A stretch of DNA of 64,000 nucleotides. It comes from Flavobacterium sp. (GTDB taxonomy: Bacteria > Bacteroidota > Bacteroidia > Flavobacteriales > Flavobacteriaceae). This document shows positions 48,777 through 58,771 of the stretch, piece by piece (the first letter of the stretch is position 1; every line of letters starts with the position of its first letter). The stretch covers positions 1,911-65,910 of the forward strand of contig DAIRDG010000009.1 in the NCBI GenBank assembly GCA_036796275.1, given 5' to 3'. Made by a program: the position numbers and the translations under genes. Under the pieces are notes generated by a model. It made no database searches. It was not told where the DNA came from and saw only the letters and a list, made by a program, of their open reading frames with translations.

Positions 48777-49466
48777 ATGATAAATGATATTTTATTAGCC
48801 ATTCCCTTAGGGATTATTTTGGCTTTTACTATAGGGCCGGTTTTTTTTGTGTTATTAGAAACCAGTGTTACCAAAGGTTTTAGGGCAGCCATGGTGTTTG
48901 ATCTTGGTGTAGTTTTTGGCGATTTTGTGTTTATTTTAATTGCCTATTTTTCTACCAATCAAATATTAGAACAGTTTAAAGACAACCCCATTTTGTTTAT
49001 GTTTGGTGGGTTAATCATGTTTTCATTTGGATTAGGTTCTTATATAAAAGACAAAAAAGATTTTTTAAAACAACAAAAGGAAGATTTATCAACTCTTGAA
49101 ATTCAAAAAAAAAATTACTTAGGGTTGTTCTTTAAAGGTTTTTTGCTCAACTTTATAAACATAGGTATTTTAGGCTTTTGGATGGGCATCATCATTGTTT
49201 TTGGCCCACAATTAGAAATGGATTCTAAACGGATATTTGTTTTCTTTTTAGGGGTTATTATTACCTATTTAGCAACTGATATTATCAAGATTTTATTGGC
49301 AAAACAACTCAAGAGTAAACTTACCCCTTTGCTTATTTATAAAATCAAACGGGTGATAAGTTATATATTGATGATTTTTGGTTTTTTCTTTGTGCTACAA
49401 GGTGTTTTTCCGGAGGGTAAACACAAAATTCAAGAAAAAATAGAGATTTATAAGCAAAAACCTTAA
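48777..49466 (+). CDS. LysE family amino-acid exporter
   Basis: The track ORF starts at TTG 48759, inside the hairpin. The in-frame ATG at 48777 (MINDILLAIPLGIILAFTIGPVFF...) is the more likely start. The TM pattern is LysE-type. Confidence 0.72.
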   Translation: MINDILLAIPLGIILAFTIGPVFFVLLETSVTKGFRAAMVFDLGVVFGDFVFILIAYFSTNQILEQFKDNPILFMFGGLIMFSFGLGSYIKDKKDFLKQQKEDLSTLEIQKKNYLGLFFKGFLLNFINIGILGFWMGIIIVFGPQLEMDSKRIFVFFLGVIITYLATDIIKILLAKQLKSKLTPLLIYKIKRVISYILMIFGFFFVLQGVFPEGKHKIQEKIEIYKQKP

Positions 49467-50824
49467 CCAAACAACAACGACACCAATTGTTCAATATTGG
49501 TTATTTGTTCTATTTTGATGCCCTTAAATACCCCTTGAAACTTATTGTATTTTGAAATGTAAATGATTTCAAAACCTAATTTTTCTGCTTCACCAATGCG
49601 TTGTTCTATTTTGCTCACGGGCCTTACTTCACCGGTTAGGCCAACTTCGGCAGCAAAGCATATTTTTTTATCTAAAGGAATGTCTTCATTAGAAGATAAA
49701 ATAGCTGCCACCACCGCCAAATCTATGGCAGGATCTTCGATAGAAATACCTCCAGTAATGTTTAAAAAAACATCTTTGGCCCCGAGCCTAAATCCTGCTC
49801 TTTTCTCTAAAACTGCCAAAATCATGTTCAATCGTTTGGCAGCATATCCGGTAGTGCTGCGTTGTGGGGTTCCATACACGGCAGTGCTCACCAATGCCTG
49901 AATTTCTACCATCAACGGTCTGATGCCTTCTATGGTTGTGGCTATGGCCGATCCGCTAAGCACTTCTTCTGAATTTGACAGTAAAATTTCTGAAGGGTTG
50001 TTTACTTCAACCAATCCTAATTGTTGCATTTCAAAAATGCCAATTTCTGAAGTAGACCCAAACCTGTTTTTATGGGCTCTCAAGATTCTATACACATGGT
50101 TGCGATCTCCTTCAAACTGCAAAACAGTATCTACCATGTGTTCTAAAATCTTAGGTCCTGCCAGTTGCCCGTCTTTGGTGATATGACCAATTAACAAAAC
50201 AGGTGTTCCAGTTTCTTTGGCATATTTTATAAGCTCCGAACTGCATTCTTTTATTTGAGAAATACTCCCAGCACTAGATTCTATATAGTCTGTATGCAAG
50301 GTTTGTATAGAATCTATAATTAAAATTTGAGGCTCGGTATCAGTTATGTGCTTAAAAATTTGTTGGGTGTTGGTTTCGGTTAATATAAAACATTGATTAG
50401 CCAAAGAGTTAATTCTTTCGGCTCTCATTTTTATTTGTTTTTGGCTTTCTTCACCAGAAACATATAAAGTTTTATAGGGTAATTTTGTAGCAATTTGCAA
50501 TAATAAAGTACTTTTTCCTATACCAGGTTCGCCGCCTAAAAGGGTAACAGACCCTGCTACCAAACCACCGCCTAAGACCCTATCTAATTCTAAATTTTTG
50601 GTGGCAAATCTTATTTCATTTTCGCTGTCAATGTCTTTTATCAACAAGGGTTTGTTAGATGTTCTTGCTGTTTTTGAATCTGATACCCAAGGCTTTTTAT
50701 CGTCTTTTGTAATAATTTCTTCAACAATGCTATTCCAAGACTTACAACTATTGCATTGCCCTTGCCATTTGCTGTAGGCAGTGCCACAATGCTGGCAAAA
50801 AAAAGTAGTTTTTACTTTACTCAC
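49463..50824 (-). CDS. radA: DNA repair protein RadA
   Basis: 453 aa. N-terminal zinc finger (CQHCG...CNSC), Walker A GEPGIGKST, the KNRFG motif and a Lon-like C-terminal domain. Confidence 0.95.
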   Translation of the reverse strand: MSKVKTTFFCQHCGTAYSKWQGQCNSCKSWNSIVEEIITKDDKKPWVSDSKTARTSNKPLLIKDIDSENEIRFATKNLELDRVLGGGLVAGSVTLLGGEPGIGKSTLLLQIATKLPYKTLYVSGEESQKQIKMRAERINSLANQCFILTETNTQQIFKHITDTEPQILIIDSIQTLHTDYIESSAGSISQIKECSSELIKYAKETGTPVLLIGHITKDGQLAGPKILEHMVDTVLQFEGDRNHVYRILRAHKNRFGSTSEIGIFEMQQLGLVEVNNPSEILLSNSEEVLSGSAIATTIEGIRPLMVEIQALVSTAVYGTPQRSTTGYAAKRLNMILAVLEKRAGFRLGAKDVFLNITGGISIEDPAIDLAVVAAILSSNEDIPLDKKICFAAEVGLTGEVRPVSKIEQRIGEAEKLGFEIIYISKYNKFQGVFKGIKIEQITNIEQLVSLLFG

Positions 50825-50826
50825 GG

Positions 50827-51975
50827 TTATTGTTTATTTAAAGCATCAATTTTTTCAATTAAAAACTCTTGATTAATGTTGCCAAAACTACTACGATTAA
50901 AAGCAGATTTATATTCTTTGATAGCATTAGATATTTGACCCATTTTTTCAAACTTTAAACCAGTGTAGTATTTTTCTAACATTGATTTTGGATAATATTT
51001 TTTACAAAAACTAGCTAATACATCAAATTCATCATAATTTTTATTCTCTAAAATAGAAGCTTCTACGGCCTGAATATCAAGATATCTTGGGCTGATCTCT
51101 CGGTCAAAAAAAGGGTTGATTTTTTGGTATTTATTTACCAAATATTCTGTTTGATTGGTTTTTAAGGGCTTTAAAATTTCAGTATATTCAATGGTTGAAA
51201 TTGGTTGGTATGCTCCAAAAATATGGTTGAGTCCTCCGGCAACTCCAAAAGGAGCAATGCTGTAGTGCGTTTGTGTTTCAAAATTTTTAAAGTAAAAATC
51301 AATCAATGGATTTTTAGCACCCTCTGCACCCTCTTTTAATATCAAGCAATTTTCTAACACTTCTTCTGCATCGTTGTTTGAGCTGGCAATATAGTATGAA
51401 ATGTTTTTTTTGATAGTTAAAAAATTGTCTATCAAGCGTTCTTCCATCAAATAAGGCATCTCTGGGCTAATGACTAAATAGGCATCAAACAAGGGGTTTT
51501 CTTTCAGTAAAAAAAAGTTTAAAAATCCGGCTGCATAACTATGACCAACGATGACCTGATAATTAGAAACTGCATAATTTTTTTTCATAAATGGTACCAA
51601 TTCTAAGCCTAAAAACTCAGAAAACTTTGCACCTTCGGGGTCGGGTATACCCTCTGTATCGTTGATGCTTAAGTCTAATAAGTTTTCATCTTTATTTTTG
51701 TTAAATACACCAACAATGATACACTCTGGTAAATCATCAAAATAATTGACGTAACGCATCTGACCACTCACTAATTCAAACAAATAATGCCCATTTAAGA
51801 CCACCACGAGTGGGTATTTTAAATTTTTATCTTTGCCGTAATTGGCGGGCAATTCTATAAAAACAGTTCTGGTATCTTGAAGTTTGGTTGAGTTAAAATT
51901 TATTTTTTCTCTTACTTGGGCTGTAAGCATATTTATCATCAACAACGAAACTACCAAACAAGAAAGATTTTTCAT
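50827..51975 (-). CDS. Alpha/beta hydrolase (putative esterase family), secreted
   Basis: 382 aa. Signal peptide, nucleophile elbow GHSYA and an esterase-like N-terminal region (PLVVVLNGHY). Confidence 0.58.
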   Translation of the reverse strand: MKNLSCLVVSLLMINMLTAQVREKINFNSTKLQDTRTVFIELPANYGKDKNLKYPLVVVLNGHYLFELVSGQMRYVNYFDDLPECIIVGVFNKNKDENLLDLSINDTEGIPDPEGAKFSEFLGLELVPFMKKNYAVSNYQVIVGHSYAAGFLNFFLLKENPLFDAYLVISPEMPYLMEERLIDNFLTIKKNISYYIASSNNDAEEVLENCLILKEGAEGAKNPLIDFYFKNFETQTHYSIAPFGVAGGLNHIFGAYQPISTIEYTEILKPLKTNQTEYLVNKYQKINPFFDREISPRYLDIQAVEASILENKNYDEFDVLASFCKKYYPKSMLEKYYTGLKFEKMGQISNAIKEYKSAFNRSSFGNINQEFLIEKIDALNKQ

Positions 51976-52014
51976 AAAAGGGACATTAAAAAAGTTAAAA
52001 AGCTAAAATAAACT

Positions 52015-52977
52015 TTATTTTTTAGAAACCACAACCGGATATAAAATAAACGCTAAGCCACCTATGATAATACTCATGAGTGTTTGTGAAGTCCAAGCCA
52101 ACCAACCAAGTGCAATTCCAATTTCTTTATCTACCCCAAAAAGCTCTAAAACCATGGCTACTGCAAGCGGATAAGCTCCTATGCCACCGTTTGTAAGGCC
52201 TATGGCTAAGCTTCCAAAGATAAAACCCATCAAAACAATGTTTATGCTGATGTTTTGTGAATCATTTAAAGACAAAAAAACCACGTAGAACATCAAAAAA
52301 TAAAGTATCCAAATTAAAAAAGATTGCATTATAAAGGCCTTGCGTTCTTTGATTTTTAAAATAGATTGCATCCCTTCAATAAGGCCTCTTAATTTTTCTT
52401 TAATCACTAAAATAAATTTGATGCTAGAATGTTTCCAAATTCTTAAGAAGATAAGCAAACAAACACCACCACTTGCTAAAATAACGACAATTAATACCGG
52501 ATTAAAATTTATAAACAACCAATCAGCTATGATACGGTAATTAAAAGCGATGCCAAAAAAAACAAAAAACAAAAACACCAAGAAGTCTATGATTCTCTCA
52601 GTTACTATCGTGCCAATTCCTTTGTCAAAGGGCACGTTATCATATTTGTATAACAAGGCAGCTCTAGAAATTTCACCAGATCTTGGGATACTTAAGTTTA
52701 AAAAATAAGACACCATTACAGACATAAAGTTGTTAAGCATAACCGGTTGATAACCTAAATATTTTATAGAATATTGCCACCGGTATGCCCTGATGTAATG
52801 AGCAAATAGCATGATAATAATAGACAAAGTAATATAAAAATAGTTTGCTTGCTTAAAATAAAAAATAATTTGCTCAAGCTCTTGATCAGAAATGCTAAGG
52901 TATTGATAAACGATCATTGCCACACCAATGATTAATGGGATGGCAATGGTAAGTATGTTTTTTAATGATTTATGCAC
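52015..52977 (-). CDS. Lysylphosphatidylglycerol-synthase-TM-region-like (UPF0104) membrane protein
   Basis: 320 aa, about 8 TM helices. The pattern is consistent with the LPG_synthase_TM family. Confidence 0.6.
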   Translation of the reverse strand: MHKSLKNILTIAIPLIIGVAMIVYQYLSISDQELEQIIFYFKQANYFYITLSIIIMLFAHYIRAYRWQYSIKYLGYQPVMLNNFMSVMVSYFLNLSIPRSGEISRAALLYKYDNVPFDKGIGTIVTERIIDFLVFLFFVFFGIAFNYRIIADWLFINFNPVLIVVILASGGVCLLIFLRIWKHSSIKFILVIKEKLRGLIEGMQSILKIKERKAFIMQSFLIWILYFLMFYVVFLSLNDSQNISINIVLMGFIFGSLAIGLTNGGIGAYPLAVAMVLELFGVDKEIGIALGWLAWTSQTLMSIIIGGLAFILYPVVVSKK

Positions 52978-52981
52978 CTCT

Positions 52982-53332
52982 TCAGGTTAAACTATTGTTG
53001 GTTTCGTTCGGAAAAACAATACTGGGTTTAAAGGTTTTAGCCAGTTCAAAATCCATGATACCATATGAGATAATAATGATGATATCTCCCTTTTGTACTC
53101 TTCTGGCAGCCGGGCCATTCAAGGTGATTTCACCACTATTTCTTTTGCCTTTGATGATATAGGTTTCTAATCGCTCACCGTTGTTCACGTTTACAATGAC
53201 TACTTTTTCACCTTCTATCATGTTGGCTGCATCCATCAGTGCTTCGTCTATGGTAATGCTTCCTATGTAGTTTAGGTCTGCACCGGTAACTTTTACGCGG
53301 TGTATTTTAGATTTTACGACTTCAATTTGCAT
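52982..53332 (-). CDS. panD: Aspartate 1-decarboxylase
   Basis: 116 aa. [23 protein letters not shown] includes the G-S self-cleavage site. Confidence 0.93.
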   Translation of the reverse strand: MQIEVVKSKIHRVKVTGADLNYIGSITIDEALMDAANMIEGEKVVIVNVNNGERLETYIIKGKRNSGEITLNGPAARRVQKGDIIIIISYGIMDFELAKTFKPSIVFPNETNNSLT

Positions 53333-53345
53333 GCTGCAAAATTAA

Positions 53346-54197
53346 TTAATTTAGTTTTATATTATCTATTAATCTGATATTATCTACATAAACGGCTATA
53401 AAAGCCCTATAAGATTTGTTTTTTACCTTTCTAACTGCTGTTTTTAGTGTGTTTTCATTGGCTATTTCAAAGTACTCTAAAGACATTTCAGGATGTTTTA
53501 GCATCAAATTACTAGCCATTTTTTGTAGTTTAGCTACACTTTTTTTATCAAAATGTTCTTTTACCGTTTGCAAGGTTTCATAAATAATTTTAGCGTTTTC
53601 TCTAGATTTTTTAGATAACCGTTCGTTACGCGAACTCATAGCGAGTCCATTGATTTCTCTGTATATCTTGCATCCTACAATCTGAATGTTTAGTTTTTTA
53701 GTCTCTACCAGTTTTTTAATAATTTGTAATTGTTGAAAGTCTTTTTCACCAAAATAAGCCAAAGTTGGTTTCACTATGCCAAATAGTTTTTCTACCACTG
53801 TGGCAACCCCATCAAAATGACCTTTTCTAAATTTACCTTCCATTTGATGTTCAATTCCACCAAATTTGTATGATTTACTTTTAATGGCCTGGTCATAAAC
53901 ATCTGCAGCATTTGGGGCATAAACAATAATATTCTCCTGAAAATGGTCACTTATTTTTTTAATATCAGCTTGCAGTGTTCTTGGATAGTTTTCTAAATCA
54001 TTTTGGTTTGTAAACTGGGTAGGATTTACAAAAATACTAACCACTGTAACAGAATTGTTTTTGTAAGACTCTGCAATTAAAGACAAATGCCCTTGATGCA
54101 AGGCCCCCATGGTCGGCACAAAACCAATGCATTTATTGGCATACTGATTTTCTAAAAATGCAGTCAACAAGTCTTTTTTATAAAAAATTTTAAACAC
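53346..54197 (-). CDS. panC: Pantoate--beta-alanine ligase
   Basis: PTMGALHQGHLSL and GEKDFQQ motifs. The track start TTG at 54218 coincides with a TAATTTTG -7 box, so the GTG at 54197 is the more likely start. Confidence 0.9.
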   Translation of the reverse strand: MFKIFYKKDLLTAFLENQYANKCIGFVPTMGALHQGHLSLIAESYKNNSVTVVSIFVNPTQFTNQNDLENYPRTLQADIKKISDHFQENIIVYAPNAADVYDQAIKSKSYKFGGIEHQMEGKFRKGHFDGVATVVEKLFGIVKPTLAYFGEKDFQQLQIIKKLVETKKLNIQIVGCKIYREINGLAMSSRNERLSKKSRENAKIIYETLQTVKEHFDKKSVAKLQKMASNLMLKHPEMSLEYFEIANENTLKTAVRKVKNKSYRAFIAVYVDNIRLIDNIKLN

Positions 54198-54215
54198 AAT
54201 TAAGATAAATTTGTG

Positions 54216-54223
54216 CAAAATTA
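54216..54223 (-). promoter_or_regulatory. -7 promoter box TAATTTTG for panCD
   Basis: The minus strand reads TAATTTTG, 19 nt upstream of the GTG at 54197. Confidence 0.35.
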
Positions 54224-54253
54224 CTATTATTATTTTAATTCCTTATTTTTTTG

Positions 54254-54261
54254 TAAATTTG
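54254..54261 (+). promoter_or_regulatory. -7 promoter box TAAATTTG
   Basis: Matches TAnnTTTG, 26 nt upstream of the ATG at 54287. Confidence 0.4.
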
Positions 54262-54286
54262 CAACTTAAATAAAACGACAACATTT

Positions 54287-55087
54287 ATGCAAGACAAAAA
54301 AATTTTATTTGTCTCATCAGAAGTAGTCCCCTACTTAGCAGAAAACGAAGTCTCAACCATGTCTTACGATATTCCTAGGATGGTTGTTGAACAAGGAGGA
54401 CAAATCAGAATTTTTATGCCAAAATATGGCAATATCAACGAAAGAAGACATCAACTACACGAAGTTATTAGACTATCAGGCATGAATTTGGTTGTTAATG
54501 ATATGGATATGCCTCTCATTATTAAAGTTGCTTCTATACCAAGAGAAAGAATACAGGTTTATTTTATTGATAACGATGAATATTTTAAACGAAAAGCTAC
54601 CTTTACTGACGAAGACGGTGTTTTGTTTCCAGATAATGACGAAAGAGCCATTTTTTTTGTTAAAGGCGTCATAGAAACCGTCAAAAAACTCAATTGGGTG
54701 CCTGATATCATTCATGTACACGGCTGGTTAGCATCTTTGTTGCCGCTTTATATTAAGTATTGTTATCATAATGAAGCCATCTTTAGCGAGTCTAAAATTG
54801 TAACTTCGGTGTATGGCAAAAGTTTTGATGGCGAATTAAACAATGATTTAGCCAAAAAAATTCTTTTTGATGAAGTCCCAGAAGATTTAGTAGAATCACT
54901 TAACAACCCATCTTACGAAAATCTAATAAAAAAAGCCATTGATCATTCAGATGGTGTCATTATTGCTTCGCAAAAAGTAGGCGATAATTTAACAAATTAT
55001 ATACAGCAATCTTCAAAACCATTTTTACCTTTCACTCCCAAAGAAAACATCATAGAAGCTTTAAAAGATTTTTATAATACTATCTAA
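54287..55087 (+). CDS. Glycogen/starch-synthase-like protein, N-terminal (GT5) domain only
   Basis: 266 aa. ILFVSSEVVPY and VHGW resemble the GlgA N-terminal half. The KxGGL motif and the C-terminal Rossmann half are missing. Confidence 0.62.
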   Translation: MQDKKILFVSSEVVPYLAENEVSTMSYDIPRMVVEQGGQIRIFMPKYGNINERRHQLHEVIRLSGMNLVVNDMDMPLIIKVASIPRERIQVYFIDNDEYFKRKATFTDEDGVLFPDNDERAIFFVKGVIETVKKLNWVPDIIHVHGWLASLLPLYIKYCYHNEAIFSESKIVTSVYGKSFDGELNNDLAKKILFDEVPEDLVESLNNPSYENLIKKAIDHSDGVIIASQKVGDNLTNYIQQSSKPFLPFTPKENIIEALKDFYNTI

Positions 55088-55151
55088 TTAAACTGCTAGA
55101 CCATACAATCTAAATTAAGGCTTTTCGTTATTATTTAATTAACCTACAATC

Positions 55152-56801
55152 ATGAAATTTTTTAAAAAAAACTTTAATAACATCACGCTTACAAGCTTAT
55201 TTTTTATCTTAATTTCTTGCGAACAAGAATTTCTAAACATTGATGCAGGTATTATAGGAGACGCTAACTTTGAACTTATAAGAGAAGATTATGACGTTAG
55301 AGCCTATAATCAAGCCACCGGATTTGTGCAGTCTAATAACATAGATATAGTGCCTTTTGGCATTTATAACATCCCTAATTTTGGAAAAATGAGTACTAAT
55401 TACATTACTCAAATTCAATTACCAAATAATGTTGGCACTTTTTTCAACACAGAATTTCAAACGCCAGAAGTAACCAAGGTAGAACTTTATATTCCTTATT
55501 TTTCTAGACGAACAGGCCAAGTTGAAGAAGAAACCACCTACGCCTTAGACTCTATTTATGGGAGTTTATCTAAATTAAAATTAAATGTTTATGAAAATGG
55601 CGTGGTTATAAGAAACCTTCAACCACCCTTGTTTTTAGATCCACAAACGTATTTTTCTAATCAATTTAATGATTTTTTTCAATTAAGAAGAGGAACAGAC
55701 GCTCAAGGGAATTCTGTTGCACTTGGTACTAGGCTTAACAACAGCACCAAAGTAGAACAAAATGAAGAATTTGTGTTTTCAGATAAAGAAATTCAAATTG
55801 TGAAATTAAATGAAGACAACGAAGAAGAAATTTCAGGCCGAAGAGCCCCAGGTATTTATCTTGAATTAGATGTGGCATTTTTTCAGAAAAAAATTATAGA
55901 AGGTTTCATCAATGGTCAGTTAGGCAATCAAAGTACATTTGCCAATTATTTTAGAGGATTATTGTTTCAACTCGAAAACTCAAATGCCGAGCCCAACCCC
56001 AATCAACTTGCCATGATAGATTTTAGAAGGGGAAGCATTTCTATTACTTATGATAATTGGTCTCCAAAATTAAACACAACCCCAGTAGAGTATGAAAAAC
56101 TTGAACGAACGTTTAACATAAACCTTACTGGAAATAACATCTTGTTTATTGAAAACACTAATGTTCAACCAGCTTTTTTAAATGCTATTTCAAATCCAAA
56201 TACCGTGCAAGGAGATGAAAAACTTTATTTAAAAGGAGGCGTAGGCTCTATGGCTTATGTAGAGTTGTTTGATAAAAATTTAGATGGAAGTTCATCACAA
56301 TTAAACGAATTGAGAAGCAAGTTTCAAAACAAAGAAATCTTGATAAACGATGCAACAGTAACTTTCTTTATAGATCAAGCTAGCATAGAAGATAACAAAG
56401 AGCCCCACAGAATATTTTTGTATAATGTAGAAACTTCAGAAGTATTAATAGATTTTGTTTTAGATCAATCGGTTAATCAGGCTAACCCCAAATTATCTAA
56501 ATCAAGATTTAGTGGTATCATAAACAGGCAAGGAAGCTCTAGAGGTGTTTTTTATAAATTTAACATCACTGATCACATCAGAAGAATAGTTAATTCAAAT
56601 ACCATACAAAACGTAAAACTCGGATTATCTGTAACAGAAAGCTTAGCCAATACACAGTTTGCACAATTTGAGTTTAGCGATAACAAGCCCAAACTTCACA
56701 AAAATTCAGTAGTAAATCCACAAGGAACTGTTTTGTTTGGCAACAATACAACCAATCTTGAAAAAAAGATTAAATTTGAAATAGTATACTCAAAATTATA
56801 A
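55152..56801 (+). CDS. DUF4270 family lipoprotein
   Basis: 549 aa. Lipobox LISC followed by EQEF. The size and its position between the glgA-like gene and glmS fit my recollection of DUF4270 in Flavobacteria. Confidence 0.55.
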   Translation: MKFFKKNFNNITLTSLFFILISCEQEFLNIDAGIIGDANFELIREDYDVRAYNQATGFVQSNNIDIVPFGIYNIPNFGKMSTNYITQIQLPNNVGTFFNTEFQTPEVTKVELYIPYFSRRTGQVEEETTYALDSIYGSLSKLKLNVYENGVVIRNLQPPLFLDPQTYFSNQFNDFFQLRRGTDAQGNSVALGTRLNNSTKVEQNEEFVFSDKEIQIVKLNEDNEEEISGRRAPGIYLELDVAFFQKKIIEGFINGQLGNQSTFANYFRGLLFQLENSNAEPNPNQLAMIDFRRGSISITYDNWSPKLNTTPVEYEKLERTFNINLTGNNILFIENTNVQPAFLNAISNPNTVQGDEKLYLKGGVGSMAYVELFDKNLDGSSSQLNELRSKFQNKEILINDATVTFFIDQASIEDNKEPHRIFLYNVETSEVLIDFVLDQSVNQANPKLSKSRFSGIINRQGSSRGVFYKFNITDHIRRIVNSNTIQNVKLGLSVTESLANTQFAQFEFSDNKPKLHKNSVVNPQGTVLFGNNTTNLEKKIKFEIVYSKL

Positions 56802-56805
56802 TATT

Positions 56806-58653
56806 ATGTGTGGCATTGTAGGTTATTTAGGTCACAGAGAGGCCTATCCGATAGTTGTAAAAGGGTTAAAGAGACTCGAATATAGAGGATATGATAGTGC
56901 CGGAATAGTACTATTTAAAGATTCAGAATTAATAGTTTCTAAAACAAAAGGCAAAGTTTCAGATCTAGAATTAAAAACCGAAACCATTGATGTATCCGGA
57001 AATATTGGCATGGGACACACCAGATGGGCAACCCACGGGGTGCCAAATGATGTAAATTCTCACCCACATTTATCAAATTCAGGCAATTTGGCCATTATTC
57101 ACAATGGCATCATAGAAAACTACGAACCACTTAAAAAAGAATTACAAAACAGAGGGTATGTGTTTCACTCTGATACCGATACAGAAGTACTCATCAATTT
57201 AATTGAAGAAGTAAAAAACAAAGAAAACGTAAAATTGGGCAAAGCAGTTCAAATTGCTTTAAATCAGGTAGTAGGAGCTTACGCCATAGCTGTATTCGAC
57301 AAAAACAAACCCAATGAAATAGTGGTGGCCAAACTAGGAAGCCCTCTGGCCATTGGGATAGGAGACAACGAGTTTTTTATTGCCTCAGATGCTTCACCTT
57401 TTATTGAGTATACCAGCAATGCGATTTATCTAGAAGATGAAGAAATGGCTATTATTCGCTTGGGTAAACCCATAAAAGTTAGAAGAATTAAGGATGATTT
57501 TTTAATTAACGATCCTTACATTCAAGAATTGCAATTGAGCTTAGAGCAAATAGAAAAAGGGGGTTATGATCACTTTATGCTCAAAGAAATTTTTGAACAA
57601 CCCAATGTGATAAAAGATACCTACAGAGGTAGATTATTATCAAGCAAAGGCATCGTGCAGATGGCTGGTGTTGAAGATAACATAGAAAAATTTATCAATG
57701 CCAAACGCATCATCATTGTGGCCTGCGGTACATCTTGGCATGCTGGCTTGGTAGCCGAATATATCATAGAAGAGTTTGCAAGAATATCTGTAGAGGTAGA
57801 GTATGCCTCAGAGTTCAGATACCGAAACCCCATCATACACAAAGATGACATTGTTATTGCCATCTCTCAATCTGGAGAAACAGCTGATACTTTGGCAGCT
57901 ATAAAACTTGCCAAAGAACAAGGTGCGTTTATTTTTGGTGTTTGCAATGTGGTAGGGTCTTCTATCGCTAGAGAATCTCATGCAGGTGCTTATACTCATG
58001 CTGGTCCAGAAATTGGGGTAGCCTCAACCAAAGCGTTTACAACCCAAATTACAGTACTTATTTTACTTGCCTTAAGATTGGCCAAACAAAAAGGAACCAT
58101 ATCCAATTCGCAATTTCACAGATATTTGCAAGAATTAGAATTAATACCCGAAAAAATTCAGGAAGCACTCAATTCAAATGCTAAAGTTGAAGAAGTTGCA
58201 AAGATTTATAAAGATTCCAACAATTGTCTTTATTTAGGGAGAGGTTATAATTTTCCGGTTGCCCTAGAAGGAGCCCTTAAATTGAAGGAAATATCATACA
58301 TACATGCCGAGGGTTATCCTGCAGCCGAAATGAAACACGGCCCAATTGCCTTAATAGACGAACAAATGCCTGTTATAGTTATAGCCATCAAAAAAGGGCA
58401 TTATGAAAAAGTAGTTAGCAACATTCAAGAGATTAAATCAAGATCTGGTAAAATAATTGCCATTGTTACCAAAGGCGATAGCCAAGTGGCTGGTTTGGCA
58501 GATCACGTGATAGAAATTCCAGATATCTCCGAGCCATTGTCTCCATTAATCACCACTATACCCTTGCAATTACTGTCATATCACATAGCCGTGATGCGTG
58601 GTTGCAATGTAGATCAACCCAGAAATTTAGCCAAATCGGTTACTGTAGAGTAA
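56806..58653 (+). CDS. glmS: Glutamine--fructose-6-phosphate aminotransferase
   Basis: 615 aa. MCGIVGY start, two SIS domains and C-terminal KSVTVE. Confidence 0.96.
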   Translation: MCGIVGYLGHREAYPIVVKGLKRLEYRGYDSAGIVLFKDSELIVSKTKGKVSDLELKTETIDVSGNIGMGHTRWATHGVPNDVNSHPHLSNSGNLAIIHNGIIENYEPLKKELQNRGYVFHSDTDTEVLINLIEEVKNKENVKLGKAVQIALNQVVGAYAIAVFDKNKPNEIVVAKLGSPLAIGIGDNEFFIASDASPFIEYTSNAIYLEDEEMAIIRLGKPIKVRRIKDDFLINDPYIQELQLSLEQIEKGGYDHFMLKEIFEQPNVIKDTYRGRLLSSKGIVQMAGVEDNIEKFINAKRIIIVACGTSWHAGLVAEYIIEEFARISVEVEYASEFRYRNPIIHKDDIVIAISQSGETADTLAAIKLAKEQGAFIFGVCNVVGSSIARESHAGAYTHAGPEIGVASTKAFTTQITVLILLALRLAKQKGTISNSQFHRYLQELELIPEKIQEALNSNAKVEEVAKIYKDSNNCLYLGRGYNFPVALEGALKLKEISYIHAEGYPAAEMKHGPIALIDEQMPVIVIAIKKGHYEKVVSNIQEIKSRSGKIIAIVTKGDSQVAGLADHVIEIPDISEPLSPLITTIPLQLLSYHIAVMRGCNVDQPRNLAKSVTVE

Positions 58654-58686
58654 GAATTTTATAATTTTTGTAGGATAAAAATATTA

Positions 58687-58716
58687 AAAGCAAGATTTTT
58701 TCTTACTTTTTTTATT
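58687..58716 (+). terminator. Weak hairpin plus T-tract after glmS
   Basis: AAGCAAGA / TCTTACTT (7 of 8 pairs) followed by TTTTTT. Confidence 0.3.
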
Positions 58717-58771
58717 AATATCAAAAAATTTAGTAATTTAGTAACTTATAACTAACTAATTATATAGACAT

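Noticed and set aside
56802-56806. glmS ribozyme upstream of glmS
   Set aside because: Only 4 nt separate the DUF4270 gene stop from the glmS ATG, leaving no room for a ribozyme. It is also not expected in this phylum.
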